A DNA stretch of 64,000 nt from NCBI GenBank assembly GCA_015492245.1, contig WGFM01000021.1:52584-116583 (forward strand). Reading direction: 5' to 3'. The DNA comes from Deltaproteobacteria bacterium (GTDB lineage Bacteria; Desulfobacterota; GWC2-55-46; DRQE01). The translations under genes were made by a program, and so were the position numbers. The notes beneath the pieces were generated by a model. It saw only the letters and a program-made list of their open reading frames with translations. It had not been told where the DNA came from and made no database searches. How positions within the stretch are numbered: the stretch's first letter is position 1; every line of letters starts with the position of its first letter. Of the stretch, positions 46,743-56,464 are shown one piece after another.

Positions 46743-47432
46743 ATGGATGGTGGTATATATGTTCTGGTTACAGGTGCCAAGGCTCAACAGACCATACTTG
46801 ATATGGCAGCCTCCAACATCGCCAACCTATCCACCCCTGGGTTCAAGAAGGATACTGGAAGATTCGAGGTCATATTCGATGACAGGATAAAGGCATTCGT
46901 GAGGGATAGAGATACGGGGTATATAGACCTCTCACAGGGTGCCCTGAGAAGGACAGAGAACCCCCTTGATGTTGCCATAGATGGTGAGGGGTTTTTTGTT
47001 GTCTCCACACCTGCCGGAACGAGGTATACAAGACATGGTGCCTTCACCATAGGTAAAGATGGTGTGTTGAGCACCGCAGATGGTTTCGAGGTGCTCGGTG
47101 AGGGTGGAAGGATAGTGCTATCAGGTGGAAGGCTCACCATAGATGGAGAGGGTAGTATACTGGAAGATGGGATCACCATAGACAGGCTCAAGGTAGTAAG
47201 CCTGCCGGAGGACGGAGAGATTGTAAGAGAAGGGCTTCTCTTCAGGAGCACCGCCGAGCCCTTGAAAGAGCGTCCTTCCATGGTGATAAGGCAGGGCTAC
47301 ATAGAGGAGTCCAATGTGGACCCTGTAAAGGAGATGGTCTCCATCATAGAGACCTACAGGAGATACGAGGGGCAGATGAAGTTGCTACAGGCAATGGACG
47401 AGGCAACGGGAAGGATTATAAAAGAGGTATAG
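46743..47432 (+). CDS. flgF: Flagellar rod protein FlgF
   Basis: SNIAN.STPGFKKD, TENPLDVAIDGEGFF, EESNV; TAAGGAGG before ATG 46743. Confidence 0.92.
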   Translation: MDGGIYVLVTGAKAQQTILDMAASNIANLSTPGFKKDTGRFEVIFDDRIKAFVRDRDTGYIDLSQGALRRTENPLDVAIDGEGFFVVSTPAGTRYTRHGAFTIGKDGVLSTADGFEVLGEGGRIVLSGGRLTIDGEGSILEDGITIDRLKVVSLPEDGEIVREGLLFRSTAEPLKERPSMVIRQGYIEESNVDPVKEMVSIIETYRRYEGQMKLLQAMDEATGRIIKEV

Positions 47433-47456
47433 TAAAGACAGAGGAGGTTACTGGAT

Positions 47457-48245
47457 ATGATAAGGTCTCTGTGGACAGCATCAACGGGTATGGAAGCCCA
47501 GCAGATGCGTATAGACATGATAGCCCACAACCTTGCCAACATAAACACAGTGGGCTTCAAAAAGGCAAGGCTCAATTATCAGGACCTCATATACCAGGAG
47601 CTCAAGAGCTCCGGGGTCTCCACATCGCCATCGACCATACTTCCCTCAGGGCTTGAGATAGGACATGGGGTGAAGCCGGCCTCGACGCACAAGATCTTCA
47701 GCCAGGGCAACCTCCAGCAGACCCAGAACCCGCTGGACCTTGCCATAGATGGTGAGGGTTTCTTCCAGGTTACAAAGCCGGATGGCGAGATCGCCTACAC
47801 CAGAAACGGCGAGTTCAAGGTGGACAATGAGGGAAGACTCGTTACAGCCGAAGGATATGTGCTGGAACCACAGATAACCATACCACAGGATGTCCTTACC
47901 ACAACCATAAGTGTGGATGGAATAGTCTCGGTTACACAGCCTGGTGTGTCCACACCCACCGAGGTTGGAAACATTGAGCTTGTAAGGTTTGTAAACCCCT
48001 CAGGGCTCAAGTCAACAGGGGGCAACCTTTATCTTCCCACACAGGCATCTGGAGACCCCCTTATCGTTACCCCTGGAACAGAGGGGGCAGGCACCATCGT
48101 GCAGGGCTTTCTCGAGATGTCGAATGTTAATGTGGTCGAAGAGATGGTCAACATGATAGTGGCGCAAAGGGCCTATGAGCTTAACTCAAAGGCCATACAG
48201 ACCACAGACGACATGCTCAGAACCATAAACAACATAAAGAGGTAG
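47457..48245 (+). CDS. flgG: Flagellar distal rod protein FlgG
   Basis: MIRSLWTASTGM, NLAN.NTVGFKK, QRAYELNSKAI. Confidence 0.96.
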   Translation: MIRSLWTASTGMEAQQMRIDMIAHNLANINTVGFKKARLNYQDLIYQELKSSGVSTSPSTILPSGLEIGHGVKPASTHKIFSQGNLQQTQNPLDLAIDGEGFFQVTKPDGEIAYTRNGEFKVDNEGRLVTAEGYVLEPQITIPQDVLTTTISVDGIVSVTQPGVSTPTEVGNIELVRFVNPSGLKSTGGNLYLPTQASGDPLIVTPGTEGAGTIVQGFLEMSNVNVVEEMVNMIVAQRAYELNSKAIQTTDDMLRTINNIKR

Positions 48246-48249
48246 TAGC

Positions 48250-48936
48250 ATGAAGAGGGCAATATCCATAGCCGTAGTGCTCCTTATCTTTCCTGCCCTG
48301 TCTGCCAGGGCAGCGGAGAATGATATAGCGCTTGCCATAAAGAACCACCTTAAAGAGAGGCTCAAGCACTATGGGACAGAAACGGTGGTGGACGAGATAG
48401 AGATGAAAGGTGATGTGAGTGGAATAGAGTATGACACTGTAAGGATAAAAAGCCCTGACGAGATGAGGCCAGGTGCAAGGATACCACTGTATGTAACCCT
48501 TGGAAAGAAGGGGCTCGTTGTGAAAAGACTGCGGGCAGCGGCAAGGGTGAGACTCTTCATGGATGTGGTTGTTGCAAAGAGAACCCTTAGGGTGAGAGAT
48601 GTGATAGGGACACAGGATATAACGGTGGAGAGAAGAGAGGTAAGGGGCATGAACACAAGGCTTGTGGGTTCTCCTGAAGAAGTGGTGGGCATGGTTGTAA
48701 GAAGGCCCATAACAGGTGGAAGACCCATAAAGAGGGACTACATAGGGCAGCCATCCGTGGTGAAGAGGGGAGATATTATCACAGTTGTTGCATCCAGTGG
48801 CGCCATAAGGATAAAGACACGGGCAAAGGCCCTGGAGGACGGCCACCCCGGTGGATTCATAAACGCAAAGACATCGACAGGCAAGATACTCCACGGAAGA
48901 CTCACCAGGGATGGCAGAATGATAGTTGTATTCTGA
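48250..48936 (+). CDS. flgA: P-ring formation chaperone FlgA
   Basis: Signal peptide, SAF domain, VVKRGD, KALEDG. Confidence 0.9.
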   Translation: MKRAISIAVVLLIFPALSARAAENDIALAIKNHLKERLKHYGTETVVDEIEMKGDVSGIEYDTVRIKSPDEMRPGARIPLYVTLGKKGLVVKRLRAAARVRLFMDVVVAKRTLRVRDVIGTQDITVERREVRGMNTRLVGSPEEVVGMVVRRPITGGRPIKRDYIGQPSVVKRGDIITVVASSGAIRIKTRAKALEDGHPGGFINAKTSTGKILHGRLTRDGRMIVVF

Positions 48937-48950
48937 AGGAGCATTGAGCC

Positions 48951-49640
48951 ATGAGGAAGACCATTCCGTTTATACTCTTGATGGTGGCAATATACCTTAC
49001 AGGATGTGGTGGGCACAAGAGGATAGATGCATCGAGGATACCTGTAGACCACGAGAGGCCAGAGCGCACGGCAGGCTCTCTCTGGCCTGGGGAGACATCG
49101 CAGAACACCCTGTTAAGTGATTTCAGTGCAAGAAATGTAGGCGATACCCTCACAATCGTTGTCTCCGAGAAGACCAGTGCCACAAAAGAGGCGGTTACAT
49201 CCACCTCGAGGGAATCCTCTACCGATGTGGGCATCAACAGGTTTCTGGGTATGCCCACAAGGTTCGGGATGAACAACTTCCTCAACCAGGGTAACCCCTT
49301 CAGCCCAGAGGTAGAGGAAGAATACAAGGCAGAGTTCGATGGTTCTGGCAAGACAAAGAGGGCTGGCACCCTGGATGCAACCATAACTGTCAGGGTTGTG
49401 GATGTGCTGCCAAATGGCAACCTCATAGTGGAAGGCAGGAAAGAGACGGTTGTAAACAAGGAGCAGCAATATTTCATACTGACAGGCATAGTGCGTCCCG
49501 TGGATATATCTCCTGACAATACCATTCTATCCACACAGGTCTCGGACCTCAGGGTGGAGTACACAGGCAGGGGTGTAATATCTGACGAGCAGGGACCCGG
49601 CTGGATGAGGAGGATACTCGACAATGTATGGCCGTTCTAA
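48951..49640 (+). CDS. flgH: L-ring protein FlgH
   Basis: Lipobox LTGC, ARNVGD.LTI, VLPNGNL, GIVRP.DI, WPF terminus. Confidence 0.95.
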   Translation: MRKTIPFILLMVAIYLTGCGGHKRIDASRIPVDHERPERTAGSLWPGETSQNTLLSDFSARNVGDTLTIVVSEKTSATKEAVTSTSRESSTDVGINRFLGMPTRFGMNNFLNQGNPFSPEVEEEYKAEFDGSGKTKRAGTLDATITVRVVDVLPNGNLIVEGRKETVVNKEQQYFILTGIVRPVDISPDNTILSTQVSDLRVEYTGRGVISDEQGPGWMRRILDNVWPF

Positions 49641-50724
49641 AAGACTCCTTACAGTGGTGGCTTTTCTTCTTGCTGCCTCTGTGTGTGAAGGGGCAAGGAT
49701 AAAGGAGATAGCCTTCATAGAGGGCGCAAGGAAGAACTACCTTGTTGGCTATGGGCTCGTCGTGGGACTTGACGGGACTGGAGACAAAACAGGCTCTGTG
49801 CAGACCACAACCAGTATCGCAAATATGCTCAAAAGGCTTGGTATCACGCTGGATCCCAACAGGTTGAGGCTTAAGAATACTGCAGCAGTAATGGTTACGG
49901 CGGAACTGCCGCCCTTTGTTGCCCCGGGTACAAGGATAGATGTGCTCGTCTCATCCATTGGAGACGCAAAGAGTCTGCAGGGTGGAACCCTCATAGCCAC
50001 GCCTCTGAAGGGGCCAGACGGAAAGGTTTACGCAGTGGCACAGGGGGCTGTCTCAATAGGTGGCTTCCTTGCCAGCGGAAAGGGGGCAAAGGTGGCAAAG
50101 AACCACCAGACAGCAGGCAGGATACCCAATGGCGCAATAGTCGAAAGAAGGGTGCCACTTGATCTCGCATCAGGTGGATGGCTCTCTCTCATATTGAAAG
50201 AGCCGGACTTTACCACCGCAAGGAGGATCGAAGATGCCATAAACAGGGCATTCGGCTCTACGGTGGCACAGGCACTCAACAGTGGAACCATAAGGCTCAG
50301 CGTGCCAGAAGAGCTTGCAACAAGGCCCGTTGAATTCATAGCCAGCATAGAGAGGCTCGTGGTTGAGGCAGACACCCCTTCAAAGGTGGTGATAAACGAG
50401 AAGACAGGCACCATAGTCATGGGCGAGAATGTCAGTATCTCAACGGTTGCAATATCACATGGAGACATAACCGTGGAGATAAGCACACAGTATCTCATAT
50501 CACAGCCCACCCCCTTCTCAGAAGGAGAGACGGTGGTCCAGCCCCAGCAGGAGGTTACTGTTGAGGAAGAACAGACACGGCTTGTGCTGCTCCCTGAGAG
50601 TGTAACCCTTGGCGATGTGGTAAGGATGCTAAACCTTGTGGGGGTAACCCCAAGAGACCTTATAGCCATACTTCAGGCAATAAAGGCATCCGGAGCCCTT
50701 AAGGCAGAACTTGAGATAATATGA
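49624..50724 (+). CDS. flgI: P-ring protein FlgI
   Basis: LVGYGLVVGLDGTGD, SIGDAKSLQGGTL, ILQAIKASGAL. Confidence 0.96.
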   Translation: MYGRSKRLLTVVAFLLAASVCEGARIKEIAFIEGARKNYLVGYGLVVGLDGTGDKTGSVQTTTSIANMLKRLGITLDPNRLRLKNTAAVMVTAELPPFVAPGTRIDVLVSSIGDAKSLQGGTLIATPLKGPDGKVYAVAQGAVSIGGFLASGKGAKVAKNHQTAGRIPNGAIVERRVPLDLASGGWLSLILKEPDFTTARRIEDAINRAFGSTVAQALNSGTIRLSVPEELATRPVEFIASIERLVVEADTPSKVVINEKTGTIVMGENVSISTVAISHGDITVEISTQYLISQPTPFSEGETVVQPQQEVTVEEEQTRLVLLPESVTLGDVVRMLNLVGVTPRDLIAILQAIKASGALKAELEII

Positions 50725-50746
50725 ACAGAAGGGAAAGGATTCTATC

Positions 50747-51061
50747 ATGGATATAACGGCCATACAGCCAGACATAAAAGAGGAGCTTGCAAAAACAGAG
50801 AGGCTCGAGAAACTCAAAAAGGCCACAGAGGAGTTCGAGGCCCTGTTCATAAATGCGATGCTAAAGGCCATGCGCAATACAGTGATGGAGAGCAACATCT
50901 TTCCAGCCCAGGCAGGAAAGGATATGTATACATCCATGATGGATGAATACATGGCAAAAGAGATTGCCGGCTCAGGTGGTATGGGTATATCCCAGATGCT
51001 CTACAATGAGCTGTCGAAATACCTGGTAGAGGAGGCAAACACAGAGACACACAGAAAATAG
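50747..51061 (+). CDS. flgJ: FlgJ rod-binding domain only (no muramidase)
   Basis: LKKATEEFEALF..MLKAMR, GMGISQMLY. Confidence 0.9.
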   Translation: MDITAIQPDIKEELAKTERLEKLKKATEEFEALFINAMLKAMRNTVMESNIFPAQAGKDMYTSMMDEYMAKEIAGSGGMGISQMLYNELSKYLVEEANTETHRK

Positions 51062-51089
51062 AATGGCAGGAAAAGGGCTTCTGTTCGTT

Positions 51090-51117
51090 TAAAGATTTCT
51101 GTAGAATTAACCGATAG
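51090..51117 (+). promoter_or_regulatory. Sigma28 promoter of flgM operon
   Basis: TAAAG-N15-ACCGATAG. Confidence 0.75.
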
Positions 51118-51141
51118 GATAGAAAGAGGAGGTGAATAGCC

Positions 51142-51477
51142 ATGAAGATAAACGGACAGAAGCCCGGGGTGGGCACAGACTCAACGGTAGATAGAAACAA
51201 GAAGGTAGAAGGCCAGAGAAAGGGCACAGCAAGAGTCGGGGGAGGAGAGAAGACAGGGGGTTCACAATCGGTGAGTGTGGAACTCTCTGAGAAGGCAAAG
51301 GAACTCAACAAGATCAAGGGGCTTGTTGACAATGTGCCAGATGTAAGAGAGACCATGATAATAAGACTCAAAGCAGATATAGAGCAGGGCAACTACAGGG
51401 TGAATGCAGAGAAGGTGGCAGAAAGGATGATAGAAAGGGCCATCATAGACTCATTGAGGAGGGATGGTATCAAATAA
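51142..51477 (+). CDS. flgM: Anti-sigma28 factor FlgM
   Basis: PDVR...LKADIEQGNYRVNAEKVAERMI. Confidence 0.92.
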   Translation: MKINGQKPGVGTDSTVDRNKKVEGQRKGTARVGGGEKTGGSQSVSVELSEKAKELNKIKGLVDNVPDVRETMIIRLKADIEQGNYRVNAEKVAERMIERAIIDSLRRDGIK

Positions 51478-51950
51478 TGAAGACCCTTATAGAGCACATA
51501 AACAGAGAGATAGAGGGATACAAGCTCCTTATAGATATTCTCCATCTGGAGACCGAGGCCCTCAAGAAGAGAGACTTCAAACACATACTCGACATAGTGG
51601 CCCAGAAGGAGGCCGTCCTCTCAAGGATAGAGAAGATGGGAAGGATGCGTCGCAGCCTCATAGAGAGTGTGTCGAGGAGATATTCCCAACCGGCCTCCAT
51701 ACAGGCCCTGCTTAACCTTGACACACCAGAAAGGGATGCCCTGTACAAAAGTGTGAACATGCTTCGCACCCTGATAGAAAGCTCCATAGAGATAAACAGG
51801 GTTAACAGGCTTACAGCGAAGGCATCCATAGATAATATTCAGAAGATGCTGAATATCCTCAAGAACTTTATGCCCCACTCCACCTACAACAGCACCGGCA
51901 TGACAGAGGAGATAGAAATTCGTGGAACACAGCTACGAGAAGGTGTCTGA
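51477..51950 (+). CDS. flgN: Flagellar export chaperone FlgN
   Basis: Helical protein with N..N..L and C-terminal TY...G; between flgM and flgK. Confidence 0.8.
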   Translation: MKTLIEHINREIEGYKLLIDILHLETEALKKRDFKHILDIVAQKEAVLSRIEKMGRMRRSLIESVSRRYSQPASIQALLNLDTPERDALYKSVNMLRTLIESSIEINRVNRLTAKASIDNIQKMLNILKNFMPHSTYNSTGMTEEIEIRGTQLREGV

Positions 51951-51953
51951 ACC

Positions 51954-53585
51954 ATGGGTGATATAAACACCACATTTTCCATAATAAAGAACGCACTACT
52001 TGCAAACCAGAAGTCTGTAAGCGTTGTATCCCACAATATAGCAAACGCCAATACAGAGGGCTATACAAAACAACGCCCCGTGCTTGAGAACACCGGCCCT
52101 CTGGAGATGGGGGGGCTCTACTTTGGTTATGGTGTGGATGTAACCACCATAGAGAGGGTCTACGATGCATTCCTTACCATACAGGTGAGAGATGCCATCT
52201 CAGATGGCCAGTATTTTGGCACAAAGAGCGATGTTATTCGTGGAGTCGAAGGTATATTGAACGATATGGAGGGCGGTGGGCTCTCTGCAGTCATGGATGA
52301 TTTCTTCAATGCCATAGAGGATGTATCTGTAAACCCGGCATCCTCACCAGAGAGGGTCTCGCTTCTTTCAAGGGCAGCCCTTCTCACAGATACTTTCAAC
52401 AGCATGGACAGACGCATAAGGGCCAATATGGACAATATCGACAAGGGTATCGAAGGGGCTGTGGCAGAGATAAATGACCTTGCAACCCGTATAAGAGATA
52501 TTAACCTTAAGATAAGATATTCATCGGCAGGAGGGGCTATACCGAATGATCTGCTCGATAAGAGAGACTATCTGCTGGATCAGCTGGCCGAACTTATCGA
52601 CATAAAGACGAGCCTTAAGGAGACGGGAGAGCTCGATATATTCGTGGGCGGAGGTGTACCCATGGTTGTGGGAGACAGGGTGTTCGAGTTGAAGGCAGAA
52701 TTCGAGCCCACAGGAGAGGTTGAGCTCCTGGTGGGTGATACCAGGATAGATGGGTTCGTAACAGGTGGCAGACTGAAGGGGCTTGTGGATGGAAGAGGGG
52801 TGGTCGAAGAAGGGCTCGAAAGGCTCAACCTTCTTGCGGCAACCCTCATAAAAGAGATAAACCTCCAGCATCGTGCAGGCTATGGGCTCGATGGTTCTAC
52901 AGGAAATGACTTTTTCAGCCTTCCACCTGTAACGGTTGATTCCACAAATGTTACGGGTGGGGCAGGATTTGTGGGTGGAAGTGTGGTAGACCTTTCAGCA
53001 ACCACACTGGACGATTACGAGATAAGGTTTGTAGACTCCTCAACCTACAATGTGGTCAATATAACAGACAACGCCATTGTGGTATCTGGAGGCACCTACA
53101 CATCGGGCTCGCCAATAGTGTTCGATGGCATAAGTGTAACCATCATGGATATATCCGGTGTGCCTGCAAGTGGGGACAGATTCCTGGTGAGTATTACCGA
53201 AGAGGCCGCCTCGAAGATGAGTCTGGCCCTTACCGACCCTGACAAGTTTGCCGCAGCATCTTCGTCCACCACGCTGCCAGGCGACAACACCAATGCCCTT
53301 GTGCTGGCAGGACTTAGAGACCAGAAGCTCATAGATGGTGCCACACTCTCTGAATATCACAGTTCCACACTCTCGCAGCTTGGCACAGCATCGAAGGGTT
53401 CAGAGACAGCATACAGGGCACAGAATGTGGTTACAGAACAACTCAAGATGGAAAGGCAATCGGTCTCTGGAGTGTCTCTCGAAGAGGAGGCCATGCGGCT
53501 CATACAACTTCAAAGGGCCTTCGAGGCAGCAGCAAGGGTGATGAATGTGGCAGATGAGATGTTCGAGATACTGGTCAATCTGTGA
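51954..53585 (+). CDS. flgK: Hook-associated protein FlgK
   Basis: SHNIANANTEGY..Q, DLLDKRD, SGVSLEEE. Confidence 0.95.
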   Translation: MGDINTTFSIIKNALLANQKSVSVVSHNIANANTEGYTKQRPVLENTGPLEMGGLYFGYGVDVTTIERVYDAFLTIQVRDAISDGQYFGTKSDVIRGVEGILNDMEGGGLSAVMDDFFNAIEDVSVNPASSPERVSLLSRAALLTDTFNSMDRRIRANMDNIDKGIEGAVAEINDLATRIRDINLKIRYSSAGGAIPNDLLDKRDYLLDQLAELIDIKTSLKETGELDIFVGGGVPMVVGDRVFELKAEFEPTGEVELLVGDTRIDGFVTGGRLKGLVDGRGVVEEGLERLNLLAATLIKEINLQHRAGYGLDGSTGNDFFSLPPVTVDSTNVTGGAGFVGGSVVDLSATTLDDYEIRFVDSSTYNVVNITDNAIVVSGGTYTSGSPIVFDGISVTIMDISGVPASGDRFLVSITEEAASKMSLALTDPDKFAAASSSTTLPGDNTNALVLAGLRDQKLIDGATLSEYHSSTLSQLGTASKGSETAYRAQNVVTEQLKMERQSVSGVSLEEEAMRLIQLQRAFEAAARVMNVADEMFEILVNL

Positions 53586-53603
53586 ATGACAGGATAGCCG
53601 CCT

Positions 53604-54476
53604 ATGAGGATAACACAGAACATAATATACGATACCTACAAGAACGACATGCTGAGGCTCCAGGAGAGCATATACAAGCTCCACAAGAAGATAGCCACAG
53701 GTAAAGAGATAAACACCATATCGGATGACCCGGTAAAGCTGCCGAGGATACTGGCCTCTAAGACCATAATCTCGAGCTATGAACAATACAGGACCAACAT
53801 AGACTACGCACTCTCATACCTCAACATCGTGGAGACCACACTCGAAGATGTGAAAACTGTAATCACAAGGATAAAGGAGATAGCCGTAACACAGGCAACA
53901 GCCACAACAGATAGCATGGCACGAAAGACGGCAGCCCAGGAGGTGGGCCAGCTCTTCGACGAGCTCGTAAGGCTCGGCAATACAAGGGTCGAGAATAAAT
54001 ACATCTTTTCGGGTTACAGGACGGATACAGCCGCTTTCGACTCAACAGGTGCATACCAGGGGGATACCGCAGAGTTCAGCCTCCGTGTGGATACGGAAAA
54101 GACCATGAAGATAGGTATAAATGGCCAGAGTGTGTTCAAAACAGGGGTGGACATCTTTACTGTGGTATCAGACCTCATTACCGCACTGAATACAGATGAT
54201 ACCGACGGTATAAAGGCTGCGATAGATGGGCTCGATAGGGGCTTCAATCAGGTGGTAAGTGTTAATTCAGACCTTGGCGGAAGGGTAACGAGGCTACAGT
54301 CCATAAGAGACAACATAGAGAGCTTTTCTGCCGATGTGAGGATACTGCTCTCAGACATGGAGGATGCCAACATACCAGAGATAATAACAGAGCTCAAGGC
54401 GAAGGAGGTAAGCCTTTCAGCGCTCATGGCATCATCTGCAAAGGTGTTTCAGTTGAGCATATTCAACTACATGTAG
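53604..54476 (+). CDS. flgL: Hook-associated protein FlgL
   Basis: MRITQN, TGK.I...SDDP, YIFSG, SIFNYM. Confidence 0.93.
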   Translation: MRITQNIIYDTYKNDMLRLQESIYKLHKKIATGKEINTISDDPVKLPRILASKTIISSYEQYRTNIDYALSYLNIVETTLEDVKTVITRIKEIAVTQATATTDSMARKTAAQEVGQLFDELVRLGNTRVENKYIFSGYRTDTAAFDSTGAYQGDTAEFSLRVDTEKTMKIGINGQSVFKTGVDIFTVVSDLITALNTDDTDGIKAAIDGLDRGFNQVVSVNSDLGGRVTRLQSIRDNIESFSADVRILLSDMEDANIPEIITELKAKEVSLSALMASSAKVFQLSIFNYM

Positions 54477-54538
54477 TATCTATCCATATACAGAGACATG
54501 TTATAAGCCAATAACATCAAAGCCAGGGAGGGCGTGTC

Positions 54539-54799
54539 ATGTTGGTTCTGACAAGGAAGTCCGGTGAGGCAATAAGGATTGGGGACGATGTAAGGATTGT
54601 GGTGGTAGAGATAAGGGAGAATCAGGTAAGGCTTGGTATAGAGGCTCCCATTGAACAACCTGTCCACAGAGAGGAGATATACCTTAAGATACAGGAAGAG
54701 AACAGGGCAGCATCCGCCATGGTGCCAGAGGATATAGATATAACCATAGACAACATAAAGGAAGGGCTCGAAGGTGATGAAGACAGGCACGAAAAGTAA
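54539..54799 (+). CDS. csrA: Carbon storage regulator CsrA
   Basis: [17 protein letters not shown]...VRLGIEAP...VHREEIY. Confidence 0.97.
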   Translation: MLVLTRKSGEAIRIGDDVRIVVVEIRENQVRLGIEAPIEQPVHREEIYLKIQEENRAASAMVPEDIDITIDNIKEGLEGDEDRHEK

Positions 54800-54809
54800 C
54801 AGAAGGATA

Positions 54810-55265
54810 ATGAGCTTCGATACCACACGCTTTGGCCCGGTTGCCATAAGCGAGGATAAGATTATACACTTTGTCCAGGGTATCCCTGGATTCAAGGATG
54901 TCAGGAGATACATACTCATAGACCATGATGAAGATGGGGTCTTCAGATGGTTGCAGGCAGTGGATAGACCAGAAGTGGCCTTTCTTCTTACAAACCCTGT
55001 GCTCTTCAAAAGCGATTACAACATAGTGCTGCGCACAGGAGAGCTCAGAACCCTGGGAGCAGAAGACCCCGAACATCTCGTAATCTTCGTTATGGTATGC
55101 TTCCACAGAGAGAGCAACACCATGACACTCAACCTCAAAGGGCCAGTGGTGCTCAACTCCCTGAACATGAGGGGCATACAGCTCATACTCGACAGAGATG
55201 ACTACCCCGTAGACTACCCTGTGCCTGTAAGAACTTCCACGGAACAGAAAAGAAAGAGCGGGTAG
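54810..55265 (+). CDS. fliW: Flagellar assembly factor FliW
   Basis: TTRFG, GIPGF, WLQ, T.NLKGP.VLN; alternative start 54774/54777. Confidence 0.94.
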   Translation: MSFDTTRFGPVAISEDKIIHFVQGIPGFKDVRRYILIDHDEDGVFRWLQAVDRPEVAFLLTNPVLFKSDYNIVLRTGELRTLGAEDPEHLVIFVMVCFHRESNTMTLNLKGPVVLNSLNMRGIQLILDRDDYPVDYPVPVRTSTEQKRKSG

Positions 55266-55366
55266 GTTTTTCCTCCCCTGACCTTATATGATGTCAAATA
55301 ATTCCCACAAGGTGTTACAGTCTCTGACACACCCCTTAAAGAGAGATGCCACAATTTCCCTGTAAT

Positions 55367-55394
55367 TAAAGGATTTTTGCATCCTTCCCGATAA
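55367..55394 (+). promoter_or_regulatory. Sigma28 promoter upstream of pseB
   Basis: TAAAG-N15-CCCGATAA. Confidence 0.65.
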
Positions 55395-55403
55395 TAAGAT
55401 AGA

Positions 55404-55419
55404 TGGTATGGAATTTGCA
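55404..55419 (+). promoter_or_regulatory. Sigma54 promoter upstream of pseB
   Basis: TGGTAT-GGAAT-TTGCA. Confidence 0.75.
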
Positions 55420-55447
55420 TAATTTAGATTACGGTCTGGTAAATGGG

Positions 55448-56464
55448 ATGAAAATGATGGATATAAACGGAAGCACCATACTCATAACAGGTGGGACGGG
55501 CTCCCTGGGGTATAAGCTCACAGAGATAATACTTGCAAGATACCGTCCCGAGAGACTCATCATATTGAGCAGGGATGAGCTCAAACAACTGGAGATGCGC
55601 GAGCATTTCAACAATCATCCTGCCTTGAGGTTCTTCATAGGCGATGTGAGGGATAAGACGAGACTGTACAGGGCCTTTGAGGGTGTGGACTACCTCATAC
55701 ATGCTGCAGCCCTCAAGCAGGTGCCTGCCGCAGAGTACAACCCCTTCGAGGTGATAAAGACCAACATACTGGGGGCACAGAACATAATAGACGCAGCCCT
55801 TGATACAGGGGTCAAAAGGATTATCGCACTGAGCACAGACAAGGCTGTAAACCCCATAAACCTGTACGGGGCAACAAAACTCTGCTCGGACAAGCTCTTC
55901 ATAGCCGCCAACTCCTATGCCGGAAAGAAGGATACAAGGTTTTCCGTTGTCAGATACGGCAATGTGGTTGGAAGCAGGGGCAGTGTTATTCCACTGTTCT
56001 TCAAACTCAGACACACAGGGGTCATACCAATAACCGATAAACGGATGACCCGATTCTGGATAACCCTCGATGAAGGGGCAGAGTTCGTGCTCAAGGCATT
56101 GAGGGTTATGAAGGGTGGTGAGGTGTTTGTGCCCAAGATACCGAGCACGGGCATCATGGACATAGTAAAGGCCATAGCACCTGAATGCAGGATAAGGGTT
56201 ATAGGGATAAGGCCAGGAGAGAAGCTGCACGAGGTGCTGATTTCCGAGGACGATGGAAGGCTCACCCTCGAGTACGATGACCACTACATCATACAGCCCA
56301 GGTTTCCCTGGTGGGGTGATGAGAGAAAGAACGGTGGCAGGCCCGTGCCCCTGGGCTTCGTGTATGCAAGTAACACGAACGGCCGCAGGCTCTCGGTATT
56401 CGAGATAAGAAACATAATCAACAGGTGGTATGAGGATGCTCTCTTACGGACGGCAAACAGTTGA
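55448..56464 (+). CDS. pseB: UDP-N-acetylglucosamine 4,6-dehydratase (inverting)
   Basis: TGGTGS, HAAALKQVPAAEYNP, LSTDKA.NP.NLYGATK, RYGNVVGSRGSV, MTRFWITL. Confidence 0.93.
   Translation: MKMMDINGSTILITGGTGSLGYKLTEIILARYRPERLIILSRDELKQLEMREHFNNHPALRFFIGDVRDKTRLYRAFEGVDYLIHAAALKQVPAAEYNPFEVIKTNILGAQNIIDAALDTGVKRIIALSTDKAVNPINLYGATKLCSDKLFIAANSYAGKKDTRFSVVRYGNVVGSRGSVIPLFFKLRHTGVIPITDKRMTRFWITLDEGAEFVLKALRVMKGGEVFVPKIPSTGIMDIVKAIAPECRIRVIGIRPGEKLHEVLISEDDGRLTLEYDDHYIIQPRFPWWGDERKNGGRPVPLGFVYASNTNGRRLSVFEIRNIINRWYEDALLRTANS

Noticed and set aside
53604-54476. Flagellin
   Set aside because: Termini (MRITQN, SIFNYM), YIFSG and position after flgK identify FlgL.
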